Below, piece after piece: positions 11,659-24,637 of a stretch of DNA of 36,121 bases. The notes beneath the pieces were generated by a model that saw only the letters and a list, made by a program, of their open reading frames with translations, did not search any database and had not been told where the DNA came from. Position 1 is the stretch's first letter, and each line of letters opens with the position of its first letter. Made by a program: the position numbers and the translations under genes. Origin of the DNA: Catajapyx aquilonaris (Eukaryota); assembly GCA_000934665.2 (NCBI GenBank), contig JYFJ02003943.1:1-36121 (forward strand). Reading direction: 5' to 3'.

Positions 11659-12336
11659 ATTAATTTACTGATAATTTACTGTAAATTGATGGGATCGACT
11701 GATCCCAGACCTTGTTGCGTACGTAATCAGCACAGCTATTAGCTCCGGGGCTGATTACTGGAAAAGGTCACCCTGGGATCGGAGGAATTGGAAGCAATTT
11801 ACCATTTCAGAGGTTTATACTGGGATGAATGCCCGGGGGTCTCTTATGCATATCTCTTACGCCTTCTGCGCGAATGAAAATAACCCAGCGGATGTGTCAT
11901 GTATAACGATCCAACTGAATAATAGGGTGCTTGATAAATAAAGTTTCCTCAACTTTATTCAGATTTATAAAATGAGCTTGGTGTAATGAGGAGTGGTCAT
12001 TGCATGCTGCAGACTGGAATTGTCAGAATAATATGAGCGTAATCTAACCAGATAGGAGGGAGTTGATCCGTGATGTAATGGACATATTTATACGGTCAGA
12101 GAGCCGACTGATTGAATGTTAACTCATGTCACGCTGGAAGATCAAAGGCACAATATAAAGGACGAAGAGACGGTGCGACTATTAATGCTATTATTATTGA
12201 ATTGCAGGTAGTACAGGCTGTGGAAGTACAAAGACCTATTCAACTTTTAATAAAGGTTGAAAAGAGATTCAAAGTCGTTCAATTCAACGTTGTTCTGACG
12301 TAAGCAGGTGAATTTTTAACTATTGAATATTAGGTA

Positions 12337-12591
12337 CCGGTCTGGAGCCTCATGTAAAAACCATGTATCTCTGATTTGGCCATTTTGAGATATTGCACCT
12401 CAAAGTTCGTGATCTGCCATTAGTTCTTGCATAAATCATACTTGAAAAACTTGAAAAACTTAGCAGGAAAACAAGTTAGAGAGACGAGGTTTGTACCAGT
12501 GGATAGAGCTTGAAAAGACCCGTCCAATTGTGACCTACAGGTAAAAACCCAGTATCTTGAGTTACATGGTTTTTACATGAGGCTACAGTGG
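12337..12591. mobile_element. Non-autonomous TIR element (MITE) flanked by TA
   Basis: ~30 bp TIRs, CTGGAGCCTCATGTAAAAACCATGTATCTC ... GAGTTACATGGTTTTTACATGAGGCTACAG, with TA on both sides and no coding capacity. Confidence 0.75.
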
Positions 12592-12869
12592 TATACTTCA
12601 CAAATATTGCGTACGAAAGTTCAGAATAAAATGCATACCGGCGTACGCTTTAAACGTACTGTACCTATGGAAAGCCATACCAAACGAACATTTTATGGAA
12701 TTACAGTATTTCACTTACCCAATTGCTTTTCAGCGCAATTAGGGTAACGGCAGTGCAGTTCAAGTGTATGTGCACTTTCTGCACTGCTAAAATGCTACTT
12801 TTTAAGTGACTTATTTATTCCTGAAGTGTATAATCTGCTTAGAGTGGCTTAGCTCCGGCCTGCATGTAC

Positions 12870-12970
12870 TATATCGCTCAAAAACATAGAGACGATTTTG
12901 CATTTGATTCAAGTGCAGCTTGCACTTGAGTCAAATGCCAAATCGTCTCTTATATGTTTTGAGCGATATA
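12870..12970. mobile_element. ~100 bp palindromic dispersed repeat, copy 1
   Basis: TATATCGCTCAAAAACATAGAGACGATTTTGCATTTGATTCAAGTGCA-GCT-TGCACTTGAGTCAAATGCCAAATCGTCTCTTATATGTTTTGAGCGATATA. A decayed second copy is at 24567-24637. Confidence 0.75.
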
Positions 12971-15900
12971 AGTACCTTACATGTGCCAGTTTACATTACG
13001 TGAAATACTAGTACAGTACTTCCTGTGCTTTGAAATGCATCTACAGTAATTTCTTCGTTTTTTTCTTATTTTTTATTTTGTTATTTTTTTAAATACTCAG
13101 TAGACTAAGTGCTTTTCAAAATTCAGGAGCCATCAAACTTGCAAAACTTGTTTGCTTGGTTTGATCTCTCTCGGTCTCCTATACTTTTTCAAGAATTCGT
13201 TTAAAGAGCCCCATAATGAACCTAACGACTTGACTCCGTTCCTGCTAACTGTAAGAGCTAAGATTTTGTCTGTATTTTTTTTTATTTGTTTAGAAGCCCT
13301 GTGGCCTGTGTGGTGCAATATGGCAGGAAAGCCCGTCTCTCCGCAGGGCAAGGCATCATCACCAGATCCCCATGGCGGCGAAAAAAGCCCTCCTTTTGAC
13401 ACTCACTACAAGCTAGTTTGTCAGGTGAAAGTCATTAGGAGCCTGCTTTGGGAAGCGCCCACTTGATGAATGGCCCACAGCATTTATTATCAGTCCCGTC
13501 ACTTGTCTTTCTCGCCCTTTTTTTCCAAACTAAAAAAAAATAGCCGCCGCAGAAACATAGCATCCAATTGTCACTAGAAGGATGTATGGTGGGTGTGTGG
13601 TAGAAGTGTGTGTATTTTTGTTAAAGCAAATGGACACTAGGGGAGTATAGTAGTAGGAAACCGGTATTCAAACTCCCCCTACTTGTGCGAGAATGTCATT
13701 CATAACTCTTACTTAATTAGGGGGTCGGGAAGGGATATATTTTCTCTCTACTATAAAACCAACGTTACACGTTACGCAATAAGGAGTCGATTGGTGTGGA
13801 TTCCAATTATTCATAATAAAATGGTTTGCACAGTAAGGAATCATCACACCTTTTGAAGAGAAGCGAGACGGTTATGTAAGGCTATATACGTTTGGCGAAA
13901 AGAAATTGTTTTTACTCTCCTGATGTTATGTAACTACTGTATGTGTGATATGATACGCAAGCATTTGCTGCTAGTGGCTGCTATACAGGCACATGGAAAA
14001 AGGCAAGTTAATTTGAGAAGTGTCTGCATCCTAATAAGGTTAAGTGGTTAAGTGTCAATGTACTGCAGGTGAAAGATTCAATTACGATTACAGACGCCAT
14101 GACAGTTTAGGGTCTAATTTTGCGCGACTTAATTGTTGGCAGTAAGTTGGTGCTGAGATAATTATTTATCCAACTACTCTGATGAATGATGCTTATGAAT
14201 TCTTCCCTCATAGGTACATGTGTAAATGGCACTTAAACGTTTGAAAAATGGATGTAACCTTCCCCTCTAAGCAGCTGGGCACACTTTAGGCGCAAAAAAT
14301 ACAAAGAAGCCTAACTCTATAGGGGGACAGTGAGACACGTGGTGGTGATGGATGTTACATGCACTCCTCTGGGATGCTGCTGGTGGGAAACAAGAAAAGG
14401 CGGCAAGGAAAAGAGTCCCATTGCGAAAATAACCGCCTTGCAAATGCACCCCCGCACTTCTATATTTGTAGCATCTCTCGTGTAGTCCCAGTGGGTGTCC
14501 TTCTGGTAACTGCTGAGAGACCTCCCCTTGAGACCTGTTTGAAACATCAAAAAAGAGCCTGAGCACTGCCAAACCGACCCCACCCACCGACATCTAGTTT
14601 GCACCACATTCATCCGAACTATGCAGTTGTTGCACAATGTACTCAAATTGCTGCATGAAAGTTACGGTATGTCATCAAAATGACACTATTGGATAGACAT
14701 CCAGCTTTACTATCTGATGTGGAGAAATTGGGATTGGACATGGTACAGTAGAAGGTGATGATGGCTGGCGGCACCTGCACACTGGAAAATCTTTTGGAGT
14801 CTAAATGCCTCCGAAGCATCGGGCTGTCAGCGACGACGCGCATGACGGATATGTTTGTCAAGAACCGGCTCTCAGAGGAGAGAATTAGGACTAACAAACA
14901 GGAAGTTTAACAGGACGAGTCTTCATCGACTTGGGGGACTTTGCTCCAATTGCATGAACTGCAATTGGAGACAATCGGACCTTAAATAAACTCTCCCCTT
15001 CTTATGTTTGGGACCACCTAAAATTCACACCCGAAACAGAAGACGGGGAGGGCAAAACCCGAGCCCAACTTCCTGTCGTGGTTGCCATGCTGTGCGGATC
15101 TCAAAACAACAAAAGTGCATGCCCCAGGCATGCCCTGAGTACAGCAATGTTGAGTGACCCCTCATGTCTCTTTTCATCACGTTTCATCCTCCGCATCATA
15201 TTTCATTTTGCATGCCACATGCCCCTGAAAGCAAATCCAACCTCCCTCTCAACTTGTAACTCTTTTTCCATATAATGTATCCTGACAGTCCAGCAGTTTA
15301 GTCCACGCTGAAGTTGCGGGTACTGTAATCATAATTCGGGTAATAACTGTCTGGTCAACCTGCTTCTTGTCATCTGTCCCTCTAAAAGGCGAAGGTCGAA
15401 GAAGCTGGTGGTTGGGGCCAAGCTGTCTGGCATTTGGGATGTGGGAGGAGGAGGAGGAAGGGGAAAAAAGAGGAAAAACCCTGAGGGCCAAGTGAGGGGG
15501 TTGGGAAAAAGGAGAAGAAGAAGATGAGAAACACCAGGCTGCAGGAGGAGGGACTCCATCGGGGGACACCACAAAATACGGTCACTTCTTCTGGTTGTGA
15601 CATGGCTGCCGGTAAGTCAATTTCGACCTTAGAATTTCGACAATTGTTGGCAAGAAATGAACAACGGAGAAAGTTAGGCTAAGGAGGTGCAACCAGTGTT
15701 TAACCAACAAGCAGGTTTATTTTAGCGAGGGTCAAAATTTGGAACGCAGACCAGACTTTTATAAAAGCAATCGGTCATAATTATGACTGTATGTAGCTCG
15801 TATTCATTGCTGTCATATCTCTCGTCTAATATAGCGCAGGACCAAATACAGACTGGCAGATCTATTAGGCGCTGCCTAAGTCTGGCTATAGAAACTGATT

Positions 15901-16180
15901 TAATAACAGATAATTTTTATTGAAGTGATGAGACTGCGGGTTGTTTTGATGAACTTGGATAATTTTTGATGTTTCACGTATGACCTTTCAGTTCGTTTGA
16001 TGTGAGGGGGCAGTAGCACTGTATACGTTTAATACCATGTGATATATATAGTTCTGCTTTTATAGTTGAGGTACACAGTCGATGTACACTGATTAATGTC
16101 CGGTCTGAAAATTTCGAAGGATATTAATAAAATCTGAAGCAATTTTTTTACTGTTGATTTCACATAACCATTTAGTAATA

Positions 16181-16527
16181 CCGGTAGTCCCCGGCCAACG
16201 AATGGGGTTACGTTCTTCAAAATGTCCATACGTTGGATTTGTACAGTGTAACTCGGATCCCTGAGGAACAGCGCATATTTACAGCGACAAAAAACCGCTG
16301 CTCCAAAAAACCGCTTACGTCTCATGTGTCTGTTTACATGCGCAAAGTACGTAGTTTCCCATTATTAATTATTCAGTATTTATGTTGACCGTTGTGTCGG
16401 TTAACGTACGAAGAAGTTATTGAAAGTGGAGGAATAATTATAAATTTTCCTTCCCGGGAGCCTTGGGAGCACGTTCGTAAGTACGGATAGCCGTAAGTCG
16501 GGTCGTTCGTAAACCGGGGACTATACG
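16181..16527. mobile_element. pogo/Tigger-like MITE
   Basis: TA|CCGGTAGTCCCCGGCCAACGAATGGGGTTACGTTC ... CGTAAGTCGGGTCGTTCGTAAACCGGGGACTATACG|TA: imperfect TIRs, TA flanks and CGTAAGT subterminal repeats. Confidence 0.65.
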
Positions 16528-16882
16528 TACATGATACTGGACACTGAAGTGTGCTGTATGGTACGCTTATATTGGATTTTATCATGTGCGTCAGTGGCCT
16601 GGAGTTTTGCGCAGAAAGCAGGACATTGAACACTGGATAATTTGTTTTCGTGATGGCCATTATACTGTATAGCAACAAATCTACCTAGAAATCCCATCGC
16701 TTATGATACCGTAATTCGCGAGATATTACTGCTCGTCGCATCTATATACGTGCCTTGAAAATTAATAACGAATTATGCCGTATCAACTCAAGGTTTGTCG
16801 GAAATTCAGCGCAATATTTCTAAGAATAGCATAATGATCTTGCGAATATTAATATTTGCACGTCTTTTTTCAATTTTTGTGA

Positions 16883-16939
16883 TGAGGTATAGGCTATGTC
16901 AATATTTCTATAAAATCTTGACATAGCCTATACACCTCA
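16883..16939. repeat. Short inverted repeat upstream of the Dmrt coding region
   Basis: GTATAGGCTATGTCAA ... TTGACATAGCCTATAC forms a perfect 16 bp stem, extended by TGAG/CTCA. Confidence 0.8.
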
Positions 16940-17363
16940 GTGCTAATTAAATGCTTGGAATCCAGTTCTGACGACTCTATAAGTGAAAGCAACCTGAGGC
17001 AATATTCCGCTGTTTGTTTTCAATGTGTCGTGTATGATTGCCAAGAGATGAGTTGGGGTGCTTAAAATTTTTACGCAAAAAAAGGGGGTACACTGAAGGT
17101 ACAGCAAAAAGAAGCAAGAGGAGGAGTCATATGAGACTAGGGATAGCAGATGGTTCAACAGAAAGCCCGCTTCTATTTTCGGGGGTCCCTCCTCTCTACT
17201 TGCCATTGGACCAATCGGAGAGAGATTTTTGTTCCACGTGGGTGGCGAAACTCGCATGTTACCTCATGTATTGTTATGGCTCTTCTTCAGTGTGTGCTCA
17301 TGCTTTGAGTGATTCGAGTGTTCCTTGCCCGAAATATATTTTGGCCAACTTATAGGATACCAA

Positions 17364-20300
17364 ATGAGTGACTCGACTCATGATGACCTGCCCAAAAGCA
17401 AACCGGAGAAGAAGATGGGTTCCGGTCCCAAAAGCCCCAGACGACTCCTGAGGACCCCTAAATGTGCCCGGTGTCGCAACCACGGGGTCATTTCTTGTCT
17501 GAAGGGTCACAAGAAGCTGTGCAGGTGGAGGGAATGCCAGTGTCCCAACTGCCTTTTGGTGGTGGAGAGGCAGAGGGTCATGGCGGCTCAGGTGGCCCTT
17601 AGAAGGTCAGTTTTTGGTCAGGTTTTTGGGGTTGTTGAAGGATTTGACCGTTGGTTTGTTTTTGTAGGCAACAGTCGTCTGAGGATAATAGCAAGGATGG
17701 ATCGGCTAAGCAGAAGACGGCTGAAGCGTTGTTGGCACAGAAGAAGTTGTACCAGAAGCACTTGAGGACATTACAGCAGAGCTCGCTAGCTAGAGAGATC
17801 CTTCAAAGTAAGTGGAATTTGCTCATAATATGTTAATGCGATGGCGGGTAATTAATTATTTTGAGCTTTGACTCTTCCATATGAAATGTGACGCTTTGAT
17901 GAGTGACATTAATAAGTGTTAAAATTATCCGATCAATTAGAGTGCGACGTAATAGGCGGAAAATGTTCAGAATTGATTAGTTGAGTCAAATACAGGATAT
18001 AATGTAGATGGCTTCTATTTACTTGGTCCGTAATATTTTTGGCGGATGGCCACTGACAGTGTCTACTAGAAAAGTGAAATCTCATGTAAAATATTATGTT
18101 CTTAGCTGAGAGACAGGGGTCGAAGTGTAGCGGATTTACAATTTTCTCAGTTTCAAATATCTGCAGAGGGAACCGGAAATAATATTTTAATTGCAATTTT
18201 GTGGCATTGATATAATTATGATGTTGAATTTTTGAGTCCATATTGTTTACTTAATAACTTACTGACATTAATGAACTTCATGAGTAATTATTTTCGCACA
18301 AACGAAGTGTTATAAAGGGATCACACCATAAAGCTCATTAAATGTCAGTTTAACAAGTGTTACTCAAATATTTGACTTCATCCGTCAGTGTCATAAAGAG
18401 CGATATTACAGTACATGATTTTAGGGCTCTACAGGCTTGCATTGACATTAAAACCGGAAAATTACAAAGTATACCCTGAACCTTGCATTTCCGATGCTAA
18501 GAAGTAATATTAACCTATACAAATATCAATAGCTACAAATTAAGCTACACATGCTGCATCCAGAGAGTGTCGGGACAAGGTCGAAATTCGAAAAAACGAA
18601 TTACTTTCGCTAGTTAAACACGTGACTTTCACTAGCGTGAAATTCACTACGCTATAGTGTTCACTTTCCCGTGATTGTTTGAAATCCATAATGCGTCTGA
18701 GAATACGATGTTCGCTAATGAACTGTTGATTTGTGACATTTATGCTTTGCTTGAAAAAGTGGGCTAAGGTCACTGTTGCTGTGATTAAATGACTATCTGC
18801 TAAGTTCTCAGTAATGATCAAAGGGTTTAATTTTCTAAGCGACCACAGAAGCACAAAATCCGATTTTTAATGCTTCAAACGAACTCTCTTTATCTAAAAG
18901 GGGAAATCTTCAGGTTTGTTAAATCAAAGGATGTCGCGTGCCTGCTGAGCCTGGAAAACGCGCACAATTATTCCGGTCAGTTGCACATAAACGCTTCATG
19001 TCAAATACAGTAAATTATCACGTAATCCGAAGCGACCATTTCAGCGAGATTCAGATCAAATAAGAGCAGGATTTTCAATGCCAGTAATGTCCATGAACCT
19101 TACTTTAGGTAAATCTTACACTAAGAGAGTAGCATATGTTATTAATTATTGAATCGCCTAATCGAACAAATATAAATCATTTTGCAAATTACTTGCATGG
19201 AATACTAGGCGTCATAATTATTAAATTATATACATTGTTAGGATTCCTTGTTAGTAATTTTTTCTAGTGTTGGATAGAGTAAGATATTTAGTTTTCTTGC
19301 AAGAAACTTCTTCCTTTCAAAATGTTGACAACCCAATGCGGCCTGCGACAAATTGTAGAAAAATCACGCCTCATCTGTACACAGTGTTTTGGTGCGGAAG
19401 TGCGTATATCTGGTGGTGTTCCTATGCTGAAGTTTGGGGGGAAGGGTCTCTTGGAAACCCGATGCTGGGTCGTAAGAAAGATGCCGAAATCTGTCCCAGG
19501 AGTCGTCTTCCTCGCTTGACCCCCAGGGCTCGTAAAAAGTCCCCCTCCCCTGCACCAAGGCCTCTTCCTTTTGCCTGCCCATATCTTCCTTCTTCTTTCC
19601 CTTCCCTTGCGTTACTTCCTTAGACTAAAGGCATCTGGACTGCAAATGACCATTAACAGCTTCCCCAGTTTTCGGAGTGATGGATGCCTGGAAGTAAGGG
19701 ATTCATATCTGGTTCCTCTTCGATGAGAGACTCTTGCTTCCCGGACATGTTACCACACATTGGATTCTTCTCCGTCTCTCTTTGGGTGGCAAGGCGCCTA
19801 TGCTGGACTAGTCAGCACCTCGCTCTTGATGGGCTTTCCACCGAATAGTTTAGGCAGGAATTCAGAGAGGTTGTCTACTAAGTAAACGCGCCGTTTATGC
19901 TATTGTGGAATGGCACCCAATTACAATTTTAAACTATTCATAGGCAGTGTTTAACATTGCTTTAAGCAAATCCATAAATAGGATCATAAATCATGCACTT
20001 GCGGACAGAGTTTTGAATATGTGTAGACTATTTTTTTGAAGCTTCATTTGAATGTAATGCAAACAATTGATAAGCAAGATAAGTAGGGTCGTCATAACCT
20101 ACCGGCATTTTATACCCCGTCTTATTCTGTGTGTATAACCGTAGTGACCTACTTTTATTATAATGTACGGTACTTGTATAAATACCAGTCAGAGAATTCA
20201 TATTTGATTCTATACCGTATTACTCCTTTTGCAAATAATGCAAATAATAGATAAGTAGGGTCGTAATCAGATTAATTTTATATACCATGTCTGTGCTATT

Positions 20301-21334
20301 GTGTATTCTGTACGAAAGCACAGACCTTTACTACAGTCTACTGTATATAGATGTAAGCCTACCTGCGTGGGAGTATTGATACTTCACTCTTACTGCTTTG
20401 ATAACTTTGTACTTTAGAAACTCCGAAAGTAGGGCATCTTATTTTTTGTACCCTTTCTTTTTAGCATCTTCTCTCTTCCGGGCTTATATACTGAGTGCAA
20501 CACAAAATGGGAATAACGATACTTTGCCAATTGGATTATAAACTTTGCCAATTGGATTATAAACTTCAAACTTGGAATTAGATTGGCAATGTGAACTGGA
20601 TGGATTCGGCAAATGTACTTACAACGAGGCAAACAAAAGCAATCTCTGTTTCTCTGTAAAAGGGGTATAGTTAGCTCTATGAGTTACCATAGGCCTATAC
20701 GCGCTATACGTAGTAGTGTACATGTAATTAAATGTCATACATTTTGATGTGTCATTTTCGATCATGTAGCGGTAGATCATGATGTGCACATTTCCTCTCT
20801 TTTCCATTGAAACAATGGCATGTTTGTGTATTTTCAGGTTATCGTCAGCGTTCCCTCCGCCTCCCGACGCACGAGACTCTCCGCGGGGCCATGCCTTACA
20901 TGAGCGAGCGTATGCGGAAAAGACGCGCGTTCGCCGACAAGGAGCTGGACGTGGTGATGATGCATCGGGAGTGGGAGGCCCAGCTCCACCGCCTGTCCGT
21001 GGCCCGGAGGCCAACCATGTTCTCGCCCGTGTGTCTGCCCCAGCACCAGGTGGCCCCGGAGATGCCCGCCAGACCGCATCCTTACCACCCTTTGGAGGCG
21101 TCCTGGGGAAGGACTGTGGAGAGGATGGTGGCCGGACTCACCCTGGCCCCGACCTACGCCCCGGGCCCGACCCAGCCCCAGCCCGTTCCCCAGTTGACCG
21201 CCCCTTTGTGGAGTTACTATGTGGCCCAGCCGGAGGTCAAAGGTCAGTCAACGCCAGTGGCTAAAGTGGAGGAAAAGGCGGACAAGAAGCCCAGGCTGTC
21301 CTTCTCGGTCGAGGCCATCATTGGGAAAGTGTGA
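17364..21334 (+). CDS. dmrt11E: DM-domain transcription factor of the Dmrt2/Dmrt11E class, 3 coding exons, about 292 aa
   Basis: Exons 17364-17605, 17668-17807 and 20838-21334 with canonical GT-AG introns and consistent phases. DM domain [60 protein letters not shown], Dmrt2-class motif [15 protein letters not shown], and C-terminal eh1 motif [15 protein letters not shown] at 21424. The start may lie in an upstream exon (acceptor at 17355). Confidence 0.93.
20055..20310. repeat. Degenerate two-unit tandem duplication (period about 172 bp) in the long Dmrt intron
   Basis: AGATAAGTAGGGTCGT occurs at 20077 and 20249. Each copy is preceded by TAATGCAAA and followed by TATACC...TGTGTAT. Confidence 0.65.
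20521..20566. repeat. Perfect 21 bp tandem duplication
   Basis: ACTTTGCCAATTGGATTATAA repeated twice. Confidence 0.9.
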
Positions 21335-24300
21335 TCAGTGCGGGATTTTGTGAGCTTATTATTTATGCGGAGTTGACTCTTGAGTAGATATCAAATTAAC
21401 CTGTAAAGGTGGGACTTTGGGGCAATAAATCCTGTATTGTGCACAGATATGATGGACAAACGCTATACTGTTATGTACAAGACTGGATGGCAGTGTATCC
21501 GGAAATCAAACGCAATGTACAGGCGATTGAAAAATATTGTAACATATATGCAAAATAAATTTAGTCAGTGCAACAGAGTTTTATAAGTGTACAGTATAAT
21601 GCTTGCTTAACTTGTCCCAAACGCGGAAACTAGTGGAATAAACTGTGTCGCTAAAACCGCACACGTACAGTACATATGCTGCTATGCAGTACAGTTGCCA
21701 CGACTGGAGAGCGGTCTGGACCAAATGCACTCGGGAATTTTCCAGATGTCATTTAGCAGGTTTGACCACTTCTAACAATGTGGATGTTGCACATGACAAA
21801 TGTGGCTGGCTGTGCACAGTGTACTGTGTATAATAGTGTAAAATTTAATATTATAGAAAGGCAACGCAGCTGCAGTGTTTTAGATTGGTGGATATTCATT
21901 CACTACAGCAGGCATATGTATAGAAGACTCAGTGCTGTTACTTTTCTTTCAGTTCTTCAATATGACAATAATGACATTGTTACATCAACCACATCGTAAC
22001 TTTCTGGAACGACTGTTCAAGTCCGTACAAAGTGCGACGCCCTGCGGCGCAAGCAAGGGTGCAAGTTCCTTGAACTTTCAGGGAAATTTTACAAACTGTC
22101 ACAGGCTACATTATACGGGTCAAAATGTGAAAATGTTTTGTCGGCCAGTCTGTTACGCAGGTTTTCGATAATTTATTACTCGCACATTTTAGACTTGCGA
22201 ATAGCCTACTCTGGCGGACGTTTGACCTGGAGGTCTGATTCACTTTGTGTATATTTGCATACATTTATGCACAGCCTCTCTATTTGCATTGTACAAAGAC
22301 AGACTTTTCCTAAAATGACAATATTATGAGTCAGCGTTCTGGCTACAATCATCAAGCAATTATGAAAATAATATCAAGGCACCGTCTTATTTGTATAAAG
22401 TTTATTGACCTCAGCTCAAGATATTTCCCTACATCCGATCATCGCCCACGATTCTAGAAAGTAGGCTAATCACTTTCCTCACTGAATAATAACGAACCTC
22501 CGGCGATGCAAATAGGGTAGATACCGCATATAAGCTACATCAATATTATAATTGCGTGGTGCCAAAATAGCCACCCAATATCTGCAAATATAATTAGACC
22601 TCTCCGAATAACAATAGCCGTCTTATTTCTCGACCCCAAAAAGAAACGGCTGCGGTCACCCCCTGAAAACATGTCTTCCATAAACGAGTGGACATGAGAC
22701 CCATTCGTTAAGGGGGCCTGTTGAGGAATCTCTTTCCGGATGCCTCCCAAATATACAGGGGGTTCTCAAAGTTACTCCCATCTCAGCTTCTGCTAATTGC
22801 AGTTTGTTCCTCTCTCGAGCCCCGTCTTTTTTCCTCTTGAAGCCAGCTGTGACCTTGACCCTTCAGAGCTGGCAGACAGCATGGGACCATTTCCCTCTCC
22901 AATGAAAATAATCAGAGTTACGGTTCAATTACACTGACTGTACATTGCCTGAGGATATGTGCTGCTTGTAACTGATCCCCACTCTAGAGCAAGTCTATAT
23001 ATTGTGTGACTTTTGTCTGTAGAGACAGTGTTGGGTGTTTTCGGCTGCAGAATTAATGGATGTGCCCATGACAGATGTTTCTGTAGTTTTGGCAGCCCAG
23101 TGACAAATGTCCCTTTAAGAAACCTCTAACCGGGAGAAGTGTTAAGCACAGTTTTAGATTCCCTTGTGATGTTGCGGAGACGTCTACTCGGTGTCGCTCA
23201 CTGAACCTGCGGAATTTGTTTTATGCGGCGTTGTGTACTGTACAATAATGCCCTTCAATCACACTGAAAGAGTCAACAAGGAGCGTCGGATCAAATCGAT
23301 GCATGTCCATCACTTGTCTGATTTCAACTAATGGCACGATCTTACTTGGTACAGTACTGTACATCTCTATTGACATGAAGTTTTATCCAAGTGAAAGGTT
23401 CGACCTTCACATGAGGCACGGAAAGTGAGCGACCTGAATGACTCTAGAAGAGGAAAAGTCAAGATAATTATTGGAGAGATGGGAACCTGTCCCAATATAA
23501 ACGTATAAGCGTATGACGGATGATAGTGTTGATCTGCGCATTTTTTTTCGACCTGAAATCTCCTTCCAGAACTTCACTAACAAGGCAACACGCTGACAAC
23601 ATACCCAATTATAATTGATAAGCACAACATTATCCGGTCAGATACTCTTCTACCCCTATATTTATTACAGCCCCAACATCTTTTTGTACGCTTTCCTTTT
23701 GAAGCCATTTCTTTTTGTCTGCGAACCAAAGCAGCTAAGGTTATATTACGTAAAGACATATCGCACTGTAACTTATAGCGTAAGTTTTGCGGCTTTTCTT
23801 TGCAACTTGGATTGCATTATAATTTTCAGTGTCAGTTAACGCAGGCACAGCAAAAGTTCTCAGGAGGAAATAACGCGAAGGTTGCTAGTAAAACTTTTTT
23901 TTGTAGACAGTATAAAATACTATTCATATAGCAGTATTGCATTCTACAGTATACAGTAGGCCTATATTGCATTTGCGCCGAGATTGTGAATCTTAATTAT
24001 CAAGGGAACGAGTTTGTAGGCTGCTTTTTCTTACGCAATATATACTGCATAGTCTACTTGTACAGAATGCAGTTATACTAACGCTATGTAAAAGAAATTG
24101 CTGCTTCAAGTTATGCCAGGCTGCTCTATTTTGCGCAGTACTTATTTTTAGCAAATAGAAGAGAACTGAGCTCAATACGGTAATTGGATGAGCTAAGCTA
24201 TCAAATCTGCGCATCACCTCGTCAAAAATTTCTCATAACTCTGTAACAATCCAAATGGTATTCTGTGAAATATCATTATCCAAATTTTAACGATATCATT

Positions 24301-24566
24301 ATTCAGTATATTATTACAATGCTGCATACTCCTCAGTTCCACTTGCTCTGAATTATTTATATCCATCATTACAATATTTAACGAGGTAGAGTAATTAATT
24401 GTGTAATAAAATCGGTAATTACAAGATCATTCTGCACAGTGTCAATGTTCCTGCACTAACATCTCTCGAGTAATGCAATACCATTGGTAACATGAAACAA
24501 TCGACCTTGGGCAAGGACAGTGCTGCTTGCTCTACAATGCGTTTACTCACACAACAAAATGTTACT

Positions 24567-24637
24567 TATGTCACTCAAAAAGATGGAGAAGTTTTCCCAT
24601 TTGGTTTCAATGCAAAATCGTCTCTTTGAGCGATATA
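24567..24637. mobile_element. Decayed, centrally deleted copy of the 12870-12970 palindromic repeat
   Basis: TATGTCACTCAAAAAGATGGAGAAGTTTTCCCATTTGGTTTCAA aligns with the left arm of copy 1, and TGCAAAATCGTCTCTTTGAGCGATATA with the right arm. Confidence 0.7.

Noticed and set aside
14260..15600. Decayed coding sequence or retroelement
   Set aside because: The frames examined are interrupted, and no RT, endonuclease or transposase motif was recognised.
19267..19860. Nested gene in the Dmrt intron
   Set aside because: Short low-complexity ORFs without coherent splice structure or recognisable homology.
17606..22400. doublesex identity or Tra/Tra2 splicing-enhancer repeats
   Set aside because: The DM domain and downstream motifs are Dmrt2/11E class. 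No Dsx dimerisation domain and no TC(T/A)(T/A)CAATCAACA cluster were seen.
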